58,604 bases of DNA, from positions 17,529,480-17,588,083 of the forward strand of contig NC_068994.1 of assembly GCF_001194135.2 (NCBI RefSeq). Reading direction: 5' to 3'. Below the pieces are notes generated by a model, which saw nothing but the letters and a program-made list of their open reading frames with translations, did not search any database and was not told the DNA's origin. A program made the position numbers and the translations under genes. The first letter of the stretch is position 1, and each line of letters opens with the position of its first letter. This stretch comes from Octopus bimaculoides. Its lineage: Eukaryota. This document shows, one piece after another, positions 38,736-50,964 of this stretch.

Positions 38736-41700
38736 TACATATTTGTATTTACCATTTAATATTTGCAAAGAAAAGAAAAGGCAGTGAGCTGGCAGAATTG
38801 TTTGCTCACTGGGTACAATGCTTAGTGGCATTTTGCCTGTCTTTATGTTCTGAGTTCAAATTCCACCCAAGGTCAACTTTACCTTTCATCTTTTTAGGGT
38901 CGATATAATAAGTACCAGTTGAGTACTTGAGTACTCAGGTCAATGCAATCGACTTACCCTCTCCCTTGAAATTGCTAGCCCACACCAAAATTTGAAATCA
39001 ATATTTTGCATAGATAAGTTGATGTAATTTGTAGACTCAACTTGAGCATATATCTGGTATAATGTAGGTCTGTGGATCAATGACTTTCAATCTTTTCACT
39101 GCCAAGGACTCCTTTTATACAGAAATGAATTTTCCAATGGACACCGGGCTTTTTGAAAGGTTTGTCAACTGAATGATCCAATCCTATAGACTAACAACAA
39201 ACTTGTTTATCCAGTTTCATCTCACAATTGAAAGATCTAATCATGCATTTTACACTGCAGCCTTTTAAAATCTTGAACAAAGTTCATGCTACTTTTGCGA
39301 ACCTCCTGGGGTTCAGAAATACTTGCTGGGAACTACTGATGAAGATGTGAAAGGAAGAGAAAACATGTGTGATGCGATGTGATGAGATGTGTGTGTATGT
39401 GTATGTACATACATACAAAGCGACATAAAAAGTGTTTAAAGGAAGTGCAGAGGAAGAAATACTGCTTAATAGTGGGCCAACAATTAGATGCAGCTTATAA
39501 TGAAAGACTAGTTTATCAAGCAGATGTTTTGTTGTTGTTTTTTTTTCCCACTAAGTGTAAACAACTGACGAGTTCATCACTTATTCAGATAAAACACGGA
39601 ATTCAAGGACATTGGCGAGAGTCCATTGATATCGTCCTGCATTTAAATATAGTTGTATTAGGCTTGGTTAAATATTATCATCATGCAGTTTATACCATGT
39701 ATGTTGGCTATGTTGTCTAATAGAGTAGGAGTTGGATAATGATGTCCAAACGGTTTTGATAGCAGGAGGTTATTTGCATAAAGATTTGGTAAATCAACAT
39801 AGAATTAACAAGAGTTGTTCGTTTACCTCTCCTAATCTATTGATGCTGATACTATTATTAGTGTGGTTATTATTGATTTCTGTCTCACCCTTCCTTCCAT
39901 TTTTTCTTTTTTCTTTTTTTTTTTCATTCAACTACACACTTTAACAACAAAAATAAGTGAATTTTTTTTTTATATGAAATGCTATTATTAATGTTGTTGA
40001 TATCGATTATTGATTTCTTTTCCTTTTTTTATTCATTTAAATGTACTCCTTAATAATAAAAAATATACACAAGAAAACCATTTCTGTTTTGGGATGGGTG
40101 TATTTAACTGAATCAACTCTGGTGCATTATTAGCACATATTTTATTGACCCTGAATGGAAAAAAAATAAAGTTTATGCCAGTGAGATTTGAACTCAAGCC
40201 ATAGAAAAGAGTCCCAAAAGACTAGCATCTACTATTTCTGATAATTCACCATCCTCTTATACTGTTATACTGTTAATACTAATTTCATTATTGCTAATAT
40301 TATTATTTTTATTTTTGATATTATTCCTGAAGTTATATGTACCTAAATCAGAAACAAGTATTATTACAGGTAAAACATTGATTTTCCAGAAATTTTGGTT
40401 CCAAAGCCATTTGGATTATTGGGTTTTTTTTTTGGTGGGGGGGTTCCAAGCTAGGGATGGTTACACTCAAAATTAAACAAATGGATGGGACACAATGGGT
40501 AAGTGGGGCAAAATAAATAATTTCAGATTTTTCCTGATTTTCTCCTTACTTGTTGAAACCATTTACACTGCAAGTGTTGCATCATTATTTTGTACTGTTG
40601 CATCATCTTTGGAAGTAATTTATTTTTTAAAACTGCATTGGTGCATAAAAGTATCAGGAAAAGGGCCACTCCAGCAGATTATAAAGAAGCTAAAGAGAAT
40701 ATTTTATGTTGAAGTTTTGGATTTGGTCAAGTTTCATTAATTTCATATCGTGTACCATTTTTCCATGATCTGCTTTTATTTGACCAAGATATCATAAATT
40801 GTTGTCACATTTCTGATCTTTCTCATGTCTAAAGATGGATATCGAAACTAATAGCATTCCAAATATTGTCACTGTTGTGGTTATGTGAATATTTGATTCT
40901 GAGAAAGGAAAAAATGGCAAATGTTTACTTGTTCTTTGAGGAAAGTGTATAACTTACTGGTACCATATTATATGTGTATAAGTCTTTTTTTTTTTTTTAA
41001 ATCTACTTCTGGGGAATTGAAGAGGCAAATTTACCATATTCTATCTTACTCATTTTGATCCACTGAAATTTGTCTTCTGTATGCTCAAAGAAAACAGATA
41101 ATTTTCTGAAATAGCACTCTGAATATGTTATAGTGTTTTATAATGCATTTAGAGAAGGCCATTTGCTTAGCTGATATAGTTTTTGTAAGGTAGTGACCAT
41201 TTGTAAAAAATATACTTTTTCTCAAAGTCAAAGACACAGTAAATATTACACATTGTGCCTCAACTCCTTTTATTAAATTTGCTTAAATAATTACATGAAA
41301 TACATAAATGATACTAGTTTATTACTACACTGTGCAAGGTACTAGTAAACTAATCTGGTGGCTGCAAGAATTTGAAGTTCTAGCTTGTAAATCATTGCTG
41401 ATTATAAGAAGCTCCAAATCATCAATGTCTGGAAAGTCGTTGTTTTACCTGAAGTCATAGTATTATAGTTGTTGCTGTTGTTATTATTTGATATGATTTT
41501 AATATCTATTTTGCTATCAGGCATCAAGCTGGCAGAATTGTTAGCACACTGGGTGAAATGCTTAGCAACATTTCATCTGTCTTCACATTCTGAGTTCAAA
41601 TTCCACTGAGGTCGACTTTGCCTTTCATCTTTTGTGGGGGAAGGGTCAATAAAATAAGCACCAGTTGAGTACTGGGATCGATGAAACTGAGTTACCCCCA

Positions 41701-41823
41701 CCTCCTGCTGAAATTGCTGGCCTTGTGTCAAAATTTGATATTGATATTTATTTTGTTATTTTTGTATTTATCTAATAGATTTGTTTGACCAAACTAAGCA
41801 TGTTTAGTCTTGTCTTTTTCCAG

Positions 41824-41904
41824 GTTAATTATAAAAATACCCATAAGTTTTCTGAACATGACAACAGAAATATTTTTGATGGAGATTCAGCATTCTTTGA
41901 TTTT
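41824..41904 (+). CDS. TEX36: TEX36-like exon 3 with the HDNR motif (VNYKNTHKFSEHDNRNIFDGDSAFFDF)
   Basis: tttttccag|GTT...TTT|gtaagt; 81 nt; FSEHDNR matches the family-defining FSVHDNR. Confidence 0.88.
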
Positions 41905-42324
41905 GTAAGTATTCTATGTTGCTATGAAAACCTTTCAAAAGAGAGTTTAGTTGTTTACTTAGTTGATACAGTACCTCTCAATCAATAACTAAATTACTTC
42001 CTAATTGTCAGTGTACATGCTCCTGTGATATATTTTACTCTATAATTTCACACACACACACACACACACACACATACATACATACATACATATATATATA
42101 TATATTCCCTCTCTCTCTCTCTCTGGGAGAGAAGCACAAGCACATACACAGACATATACACACACGGCAGTAACTTCCGCCTACCAAATTCAATCACAAA
42201 GCTTCAGTCGGCTCGGGGCTATAGCGGAAGACACTTGCCCAAGGTGCCACGCAGTGGGACTGAACCCGAAACCATATATATATATATAAGAATTTAAGGA
42301 ATGGAGAAAACGCATGTTATAATT

Positions 42325-42424
42325 GCATACTTTATTCCTACATATGTTTCAAAGGATTACAACCTGTGTGATCCATAGGGATCTTTGATATTAAAATTGT
42401 AACCTTCTCATCAGGGAAAGCATG
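42325..42424 (-). ncRNA. Type I hammerhead ribozyme, essentially intact
   Basis: ATGCTTTCC CTGATGA GAAGGTTACAA..TTGTAATCCTTT GAAA C ATAT G TA GGAATAAAGTAT; all three helices form; GUA cleavage triplet. Confidence 0.8.
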
Positions 42425-43600
42425 GGAATCATCTTAAACGTAAGACATTATGACCGATTATGAAAACNNNNNNNNNNNNNNNNNNNNNNNNNNNNNNNNN
42501 NNNNNNNNNNNNNNNNNNNNNNNNNNNNNNNNNNNNNNNNNNNNNNNNNNNNNNNNNNNNNNNNNNNNNNNNNNNNNNNNNNNNNNNNNNNNNNNNNNNN
42601 NNNNNNNNNNNNNNNNNNNNNNNNNNNNNNNNNNNNNNNNNNNNNNNNNNNNNNNNNNNNNNNNNNNNNNNNNNNNNNNNNNNNNNNNNNNNNNNNNNNN
42701 NNNNNNNNNNNNNNNNNNNNNNNNNNNNNNNNNNNNNNNNNNNNNNNNNNNNNNNNNNNNNNNNNNNNNNNNNNNNNNNNNNNNNNNNNNNNNNNNNNNN
42801 NNNNNNNNNNNNNNNNNNNNNNNNNNNNNNNNNNNNNNNNNNNNNNNNNNNNNNNNNNNNNNNNNNNNNNNNNNNNNNNNNNNNNNNNNNNNNNNNNNNN
42901 NNNNNNNNNNNNNNNNNNNNNNNNNNNNNNNNNNNNNNNNNNNNNNNNNNNNNNNNNNNNNNNNNNNNNNNNNNNNNNNNNCATACGTAAACACACGCAT
43001 GCACATACATACATACATACAAATACATATACATATATATATATATATATACATATATATATGCATATATATAAAAGAAAAATAACTCAAGTGTTTTTAT
43101 ATATACATACATACACATACCCATATACATACATCCACATATCCATATATATGTGTGTGTGTGCATGTATACATATACATATATATATATATATATATAT
43201 TCGTACACACACACACATACACATATATACACATACACACATGTGCACATACATATACATACATAAACACACATGCACGCATACATACATATATACATAC
43301 ACACACATACATATAGAAATATGTACTTACATACAGAACCTAATAACGCATACATATGGGTTTATACAAATACATACACAATTACATATGCTTACATATA
43401 CGTAGATTTGTACACCTATACACACATATATATACTTCCAAACATACATACACCCCCCCCCCACACACACAGGCATACATGTATACANNNNNNNNNNNNN
43501 NNNNNNNNNNNNNNNNNNNNNNNNNNNNNNNNNNNNNNNNNNNNNNNNNNNNNNNNNNNNNNNNNNNNNNNNNNNNNNNNNNNNNNNATATGGCTTAGAA

Positions 43601-43637
<37 letters not shown>

Positions 43638-43740
43638 CTATTACCTGATTGCTATCTAACAGGGATCAGCGAATTACAGCCACCAGGCTCAAATCTGGCC
43701 CTCAGCCTTATTTTATCTGACCCGCAAACTTTATTGAATA

Positions 43741-45225
43741 CTAGCAGTATAACCTGGCGCTGCTCGTGATTAAGCTAGGATTATTAAATGATTAAGTCCT
43801 TTATTTCAAACCAAAATAAGTAACATCGACATCAGATTTGAGCGAAATCCGTTGAAATTGGTTTGGCTGAAAATGGTTTGCTGGCAATTTGATTGGGAAA
43901 TCCCATAAGGAATCAGTTTATTGGTTATTTTCACTTATTGACTCTTTTTTTAAATGTTGCATTAGAGATCTGCATAGGAGAAGGTTGATCTGAAGGTTTG
44001 CATTGGGGATCTGGATNNNNNNNNNNNNNNNNNNNNNNNNNNNNNNNNNNNNNNNNNNNNNNNNNNNNNNNNNNNNNNNNNNNNNNNNNNNNNNNNNNNN
44101 NNNNNNNNNNNNNNNNNNNNNNNNNNNNNNNNNNNNNNNNNNNNNNNNNNNNNNNNNNNNNNNNNNNNNNNNNNNNNNNNNNNNNNNNNNNNNNNNNNNN
44201 NNNNNNNNNNNNNNNNNNNNNNNNNNNNNNNNNNNNNNNNNNNNNNNNNNNNNNNNNNNNNNNNNNNNNNNNNNNNNNNNNNNNNNNNNNNNNNNNNNNN
44301 NNNNNNNNNNNNNNNNNNNNNNNNNNNNNNNNNNNNNNNNNNNNNNNNNNNNNNNNNNNNNNNNNNNNNNNNNNNNNNNNNNNNNNNNNNNNNNNNNNNN
44401 NNNNNNNNNNNNNNNNNNNNNNNNNNNNNNNNNNNNNNNNNNNNNNNNNNNNNNNNNNNNNNNNNNNNNNNNNNNNNNNNNNNNNNNNNNNNNNNNNNNN
44501 NNNNNNNNNNNNNNNNNNNNNNNNNNNNNNNNNNNNNNNNNNNNNNNNNNNNNNNNNNNNNNNNNNNNNNNNNNNNNNNNNNNNNNNNNNNNNNNNNNNN
44601 NNNNNNNNNNNNNNNNNNNNNNNNNNNNNNNNNNNNNNNNNNNNNNNNNNNNNNNNNNNNNNNNNNNNNNNNNNNNNNNNNNNNNNNNNNNNNNNNNNNN
44701 NNNNNNNNNNNNNNNNNNNNNNNNNNNNNNNNNNNNNNNNNNNNNNNNNNNNNNNNNNNNNNNNNNNNNNNNNNNNNNNNNNNNNNNNNNNNNNNNNNNN
44801 NNNNNNNNNNNNNNNNNNNNNNNNNNNNNNNNNNNNNNNNNNNNNNNNNNNNNNNNNNNNNNNNNNNNNNNNNNNNNNNNNNNNNNNNNNNNNNNNNTTT
44901 CTTTCTTTCTCTCTTTTTTCTTTCTCTCTCTCTCTTTCTTTCTCTCTCTTTCTTTCTTTCTCTCTCTCTTGCTCTCTCTCTCTCCTTCACGCGCGTACGC
45001 ACAGATTTGACTTCGCCATGTCAACAAACTTCAAAATTGGGAAAAGTTTATCGATTTTTACAGCTATACGCGGGTGCCTCTGTGAGAAAAAGTTGACAAA
45101 AACACAGATAGGGTCATGAACAATGTCCTCCTAAAATTGGAGCGACATGCGTGCTAATTTGTGGACGTGCATAACCCACATCACGTACACACACACACAA
45201 ACATCTTGTGTTTTATAGATGTTGA
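43741..45225 (-). mobile_element. Non-autonomous Helitron copy 2 (gap inside)
   Basis: Both ends are reverse complements of the ends of 11772-13127 (44995-45225 vs 11772-12010; 43741-43860 vs 13010-13127). Confidence 0.8.
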
Positions 45226-46399
45226 TGATTGATATGATGTTACGATATTACATTAAAAAAGGTCTTTGATTTCTTTACGTATCTTTGGTTAGCAAGGAGT
45301 AAAATTCAGTGTAGGAAAATAGGGCAAAAATCTCATTTTCATAGTGGCCTCAAATGAATTAATGTTTCATATTAACACAGGAAACAAAAATTAAAAAACA
45401 AAAATTAAAAAACAAAATTCCTTCACTTTGTGAAAACTAAAAGTTTCTCCAGGTATGATATTTAAATTGAAAATGTTTTCACCACTCTAAATGAATGAAG
45501 CGACAGAAACTAATAATACTCTAAATACTGTCACTGTATAGTTTATGTGAATGTTTGATTCTGAGAAAGACAGAAATGGCAAATGTTTACTTACTTGTTC
45601 ATTGAGGAAAGCAGATAAACTTGCTGGTACCCTGAACCCCTTCATCCTTACTAAAAATGTTTTAACTCTTCACTGCCTGTTACATCATACATCATATCAT
45701 ACATAACACACACTCGTTTTCATGGAAGCAAGAAGTCAAAATATTTACCACACCAAACAAAATGTTTAGCAGCATTTCTTCTAATCTCACATTGGCAATT
45801 CAAATGCCTCCAAGGTTGACTCTACTTTTCAGGGTCAATAAAATTAGTACCAGTCAAGCACTGAGGTCGATGATATCCCCTAAAATTGCTAGCCTTGTGC
45901 CAAAATTTGAAACCAATTTGTATGTTATTAAATTTGTAGCAATTCTAATATTACGATGTTTAACCCTTTAGCATTTAAACCAGTCATATCCAGCCCAAAT
46001 ATTTTATCTGTTGTATGTTCAAGCTGGCCAGATCTGGCATGTTGCACCTACCCTACAAGGCTATTCTAAGAATAAACAATCACGTGATTAAAATTTTGAA
46101 GCTACAAGACAAAGCTGTGTATAATCATGGTAGGTCCTCATTTAGAGTTTACATCACCAGTCTGGACCCCCTATCTTGCTTGCATATCAGTCTCTTGGAA
46201 ACTGTTCAGAAATATGTAAATCAGACAAATATTCACCATCAGGCATCTACCATACTCCGAATGTCTTGCTTCCCTGGACATGAACACATTAAAGCTCCAA
46301 TATCAGGCAACTGATTTGGTAGACACCCACAAGATTATCTACCATCCTTCCAACAACAACCTAAGACACCTTTTTGAGTTCCATACATCTAACACTCAT

Positions 46400-47690
46400 G
46401 GACATGCTTAAAAAATCAATGAAGAGAGAAAGCGGGAAGGAGTGAAGAGAGGAAGTAGGTGTTAGGGTAAGAGAGGAGAGGAGATGTGGGTCGCAGTGAA
46501 GAGAGAAGAGGAGGGCAGTCAGATGAAGAGAGGAGGGGAGTTGAGCCCATGTGGTGCAAAGAAGCAAAGAGAGAAGATTAATTCCTGTTCATGGCAAAGG
46601 CGGGAGTCTGGATGGCCCCTGTGCAAAGACAATCCAAACACAGAGATGTTTTGTAGTGAATGACCGGTAGAGCAAAAATGGCAAGAGACCAGGGTGTCAT
46701 TGCTGAGTCTTTTGTCTCGGGGGTGCTCTGTGAACCGATCAGCCAAGCAGTGTCCCGTTTGACCGAGGTACATAGAAAGGTAGAAAGTGCAGGAGATGCA
46801 ATAAATGACATTGCTAGAAGTGCAGGTAAAGGAGTCAGTGATATGATAGGGACGATGATGGGTGCCTGTGAGGATGGTGGTGTTGGAGGGGTAGGAGCAA
46901 GTGCGGCAGTATGGGCAGGAGCAGGGGAACAAGACAGGTTGGGAGGTGGGGTTAGGGAAGAAACTGTGGACCAAGAAGTCATGCAGGTTGTGGGCTTGTT
47001 TGAAGGAGGGAAGGAGCAGGTTGGGGAAGATATGTGCAGTGGAGGGGTCGAACTGGAGTCACTGGAAGGCTCAGAGAATGGTGCGTTGGAAGGGCAGAGT
47101 GGAGGGGTGGTAGGTCAGGGTAAACAAGAGATGGGAAACAGTAGGGCCGGTGTGGGGAGAGAGAGCAGAGGCACAGTCCATGGAACTTGCACTGGTATGG
47201 ACTGTGTGGATAGTGGTGAGGGGATATCTGTGAAGGATGAAGTGGCAAGCCATGAGTTGAGACTGAGTCTCAAAGTCATGGTTGTCACTGCAGAGTCTGT
47301 ACAGATAGAGGAATTGGGAGTAGAGGATGGTGAGCTTGGTGTGGGTAGGGTGGGAGGAGGAGAAGTTAAGGTAGGAGTGTGAGTTGGTGTGTTTGAAGTA
47401 GATGGAGGTAGTGAGAGCAGAGTGGTGTATTTCGACCAAAATGTCGAGAAATGTGTTGGAAATAGTGCAGGAGAATTGGAGGACAGGATGGAAGGATTGG
47501 ACAAAAGAGAGGAGGGAGTCTAGTTGTTCATAGTAGAGTGAGGTCACACTGATACAGTCATCAATATAATGACCATATAGTTTTAAGGAATTGGACCAGT
47601 GAATTGTGAGAATATTTGAGCCTCAGTGTAACCAACGAACAGGTTTACATAGTTGGGACACATTCTCATTCCCATGAGACTTATTGGTAA
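46400..47690 (-). mobile_element. Penelope-like element (Neptune-type RT, Cys linker, GIY-YIG), decayed
   Basis: MGMRMCPNYVNLFVGY; FLDILV..IYFKHTNSHSYLNFSSSHP; CPYCRTC..FTCTSSNVIYCISC..YLGQTG. Confidence 0.9.
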
Positions 47691-47816
47691 AACTCACCCA
47701 TGAACAAGAAGCAGTTGAGAGAGAGAACAAGTTCAGCCAGATGAAGAAGTGTGGAGGTGTCAGGTTGGGGGTTGGGTCGAAGGTCTAGGAAGTTTATATA
47801 TATATGCAGCACAGAA

Positions 47817-47869
47817 TTTTGTCAGTGATCAGGTCACAGTCTCAAAGCGACGAAAATATTTTGGCAAAT
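47817..47869 (+). ncRNA. Minimal hammerhead motif with a G3:C8 core variant (GTGATCA)
   Basis: TTTGTCA GTGATCA G GTCAC agtctcaaa GCGAC GAAA ATAT TT TGGCAAA; 7-bp stem I; AATATT palindrome in stem III. Confidence 0.6.
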
Positions 47870-48397
47870 CAAATTTAAATGTTGAAGTGAATCTAATGGT
47901 TTTGTGTGTTTCTTAAATGGCTTATAAACACCTTCCACGCTGCAATTGTTTTCGTTCCAGCACACGATCTCAGATCAGGTCACTTGCTATGCAAGTACAT
48001 CTCCGTAAATATATAATAATAATAAAGGGTAAAATTAATTAATTAATTAATAATTAATAATTTTACCAAGTAGTTCGGTATGTTAAAATAACTTTTATCG
48101 ATAACCTTATACAAAAATTCTATAATTATAATTAGGGTTCAGCAAATTGCTTCACCACATATCGAAATTTAGAAATAGCAGCTAAATACTATTCCTCTAC
48201 CATAAGATATCTTCCAGACAGTAATACTCTTATTTTACATAGGTAAAGTATCTAACTGCTATTTCTAAATTTCGGTATGTGGTGAAGCAATTTGCCAAAC
48301 CTTAATTATAATTATGCTTATAATTATAGAAATTTTGTATAAATATATATATATATATGCATGTCCAAGGGTCATGTATGTGTGTGTGCGTGCGTGC

Positions 48398-48441
<44 letters not shown>

Positions 48442-48819
48442 ACCTTTATGTTTGTGTTTGTCTGCCTTCACTGCTTGACAAACAGTGTTGCTTTGTCTAC
48501 ATCCCACAACTTAGTGGTTTGACAAAAGTGATCAAGGGAATAAGTACTACACACAACAAAAAATTAGTACTGAGATTGATCTTGCTCCAGCACAGTCACA
48601 GTCTAATGACTGGAATAAGTAAAAAAAAATAAAGCTAAAACTTATGCAAGCAGATGTAAAACTATTTTTATTTGACAGATTTTGCTTCCCTTTTTATAAG
48701 ATAAGATATAAAAAGGAAATAGTTATTATATGTGTTATTATTTTGTGTAAAAACATATTTATGATCCCTAATGTGATATCCATCATTGCAAAATAATAAT
48801 AATAATAATAATAATAATA

Positions 48820-49620
48820 ACCTACCTAACAAATACGAAGAAGAAGAAGAAGAAACAACAAAAGCTATAAAACAAATGAAATCCAAACTAAAACTAGAAC
48901 AGCAACGGACCATGATAAAACGATGGCAAGAAAAGCCCCTACATGGTAAATACTGGGCTAAACTAAATGCGAAAGAAATAGACAGAGAAAAATCCCAGCA
49001 ATGGCTGAGAAGCTCAGGACTCAAAGCAGAGACTGAAGGATTTTTAATTGCTGCACAAGACCAAAGCCTCCCCACCAGAAATTACCAAAAACACATAATG
49101 AAAAGAAATATAACAAGTAACTGTAGAATATGTGGAGATCGACAAGAAACAATAAATCATANNNNNNNNNNNNNNNNNNNNNNNNNNNNNNNNNNNNNNN
49201 NNNNNNNNNNNNNNNNNNNNNNNNNNNNNNNNNNNNNNNNNNNNNNNNNNNNNNNNNNNNNNNNNNNNNNNNNNNNNNNNNNNNNNNNNNNNNNNNNNNN
49301 NNNNNNNNNNNNNNNNNNNNNNNNNNNNNNNNNNNNNNNNNNNNNNNNNNNNNNNNNNNNNNNNNNNNNNNNNNNNNNNNNNNNNNNNNNNNNNNNNNNN
49401 NNNNNNNNNNNNNNNNNNNNNNNNNNNNNNNNNNNNNNNNNNNNNNNNNNNNNNNNNNNNNNNNNNNNNNNNNNNNNNNNNNNNNNNNNNNNNNNNNNNN
49501 NNNNNNNNNNNNNNNNNNNNNNNNNNNNNNNNNNNNNNNNNNNNNNNNNNNNNNNNNNNNNNNNNNNNNNNNNNNNNNNNNNNNNNNNNNNNNNNNNNNN
49601 NNNNNNNNNNNNNNNNNTTT
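48820..49620 (+). mobile_element. 5'-truncated R4/Dong-clade non-LTR retrotransposon
   Basis: WQEKPLHGKY..WLRSSGLKAETEGFLIAAQDQSLPTRNY..CRICGDRQETINH (CCHC before the RLE); directly preceded by (AAT)n; remainder is in a gap. Confidence 0.88.
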
Positions 49621-49777
49621 TATCGACTCCAAAAAGATAAAAGACAAAAACCAACCTTAGCAGAATTTAAACTCAGAACGTGAAGATAGTCGAAATGCTG
49701 CCAAGCATTTTGCCTGGCACGTTAATGATTCTGCTTGTTTTTTTTTCTTCAAATTATTTCTCTCTTATTTTTTGTAG

Positions 49778-50134
49778 GGGAGACGTTGTGCTGGACGAAG
49801 GCAGGTTACTGAAGAAAATTGTTTCAATCAAATTAAAAGCAATCTACCACTTAGAACAGATGACACAAATGTGATACCAATCTCTACATATTCCGCATCA
49901 TTCCAAAGATTAGGACATTTACGTCAGTTAGTGTCCCATAGGCGTTTTCCTAAAAGATATCCTAGTTTGCAACCTGGAATAACAAAATTGGGAACAGCTA
50001 CAACAACTTGGTATGCTTCCACAGATGAACACAAAGACCCCACAGAATTACTAGTAAACAGTTTCCCAATTTGTACCAAAGGAAACACATGGAAATTTTC
50101 ATATAGAGGATCAGCAAATGTTTATCCAACTTAA
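49778..50134 (+). CDS. TEX36: TEX36-like exon 4 (GRRCAGRRQ...HRRFPKRY...ANVYPT*)
   Basis: ttttttgtag|GGG AGA CGT; 118 codons open to TAA; GRR and RRFPxxY motifs as in TEX36 (GRKK, FRRFPRCY). Confidence 0.85.
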   Translation, partial: GRRCAGRRQVTEENCFNQIKSNLPLRTDDTNVIPISTYSASFQRLGHLRQLVSHRRFPKRYPSLQPGITKLGTATTTWYASTDEHKDPTELLVNSFPICTKGNTWKFSYRGSANVYPT

Positions 50135-50964
50135 TCAGTTTTACATCCATATATATATATTTTTTCTCTCCTTATTTAAGTAGTATTCAGGATTTAGTTT
50201 GACGAAATGACTGCATATATTTCCAGCTGCCTAAAAAATTATGTTTTGATTGATTAAAAGGTTAAAATTACCATGACCTGTTATTTCTTACGTGATATTT
50301 GTTGCAAATAATAAATAATTTCTGTTATCTTGGAGACATAATTATAGTTGAAGGTAGGGCTAGTGGCTGTGGCTTAATGAGTTACTACTGAGAGTAAAAA
50401 TGAACAAAAAAAATTGGTTCTTACAAAAAGTCAATTATACATTTTGAATATATTATATATTCAGTGCAAAAGCAAGAATTGGTGACCATGGCCTTTTACA
50501 GACCTTCTTGGATTATGTACTTGATATTAAATTTGGCCTTTGTTAAGTTGATAAAGTAAGTGAATGTTGTCTTGAGTCTTAGGACCCATAGGGCCAGTTA
50601 TCCAGTTTCCAAGATCACAATATTTCCCTTGACTGGGATGCCAGTCTGCTGCAGAGTTACTTATACCCGAGAGGATTGGAACAATGCAAATGAAGTGTTT
50701 TGCTCAAGAACACAACACACTGCCCAGTGCAGGAATTGAAACTACAGTCTTGCAATCATGAGTGCAACACTCTAACCACTAGGCCACGCACCTTCACTGT
50801 AGGTTGATATGTGTAAAGAGAATATAATGGGAAAATTCCAGAAAGATGAAAGTATGGGAATGAACAAAGTGTTTAGAGAAATATTTTGAGAAGATGAGTC
50901 CACGTTGAAGAATTTGTATCAGATGAGTTTGAGTGGCTTTGTTCTTCATATATAATACACATGT

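Noticed and set aside
34713-39160. Other acceptor-led candidates (34713, about 35575, about 39068)
   Set aside because: They end in stops or break phase, with no TEX36 similarity; cannot exclude minor cassette exons
42986-43660. His/Tyr/Ile/Thr-rich ORFs, and similar poly-residue ORFs at 20.6, 32.7 and 52-54 kb
   Set aside because: Translations of (AT)/(AC) and trinucleotide microsatellites
46660-47382. 240-aa Gly/Val/Glu-rich + strand ORF
   Set aside because: Antisense shadow of the Penelope-like RT/GIY-YIG region
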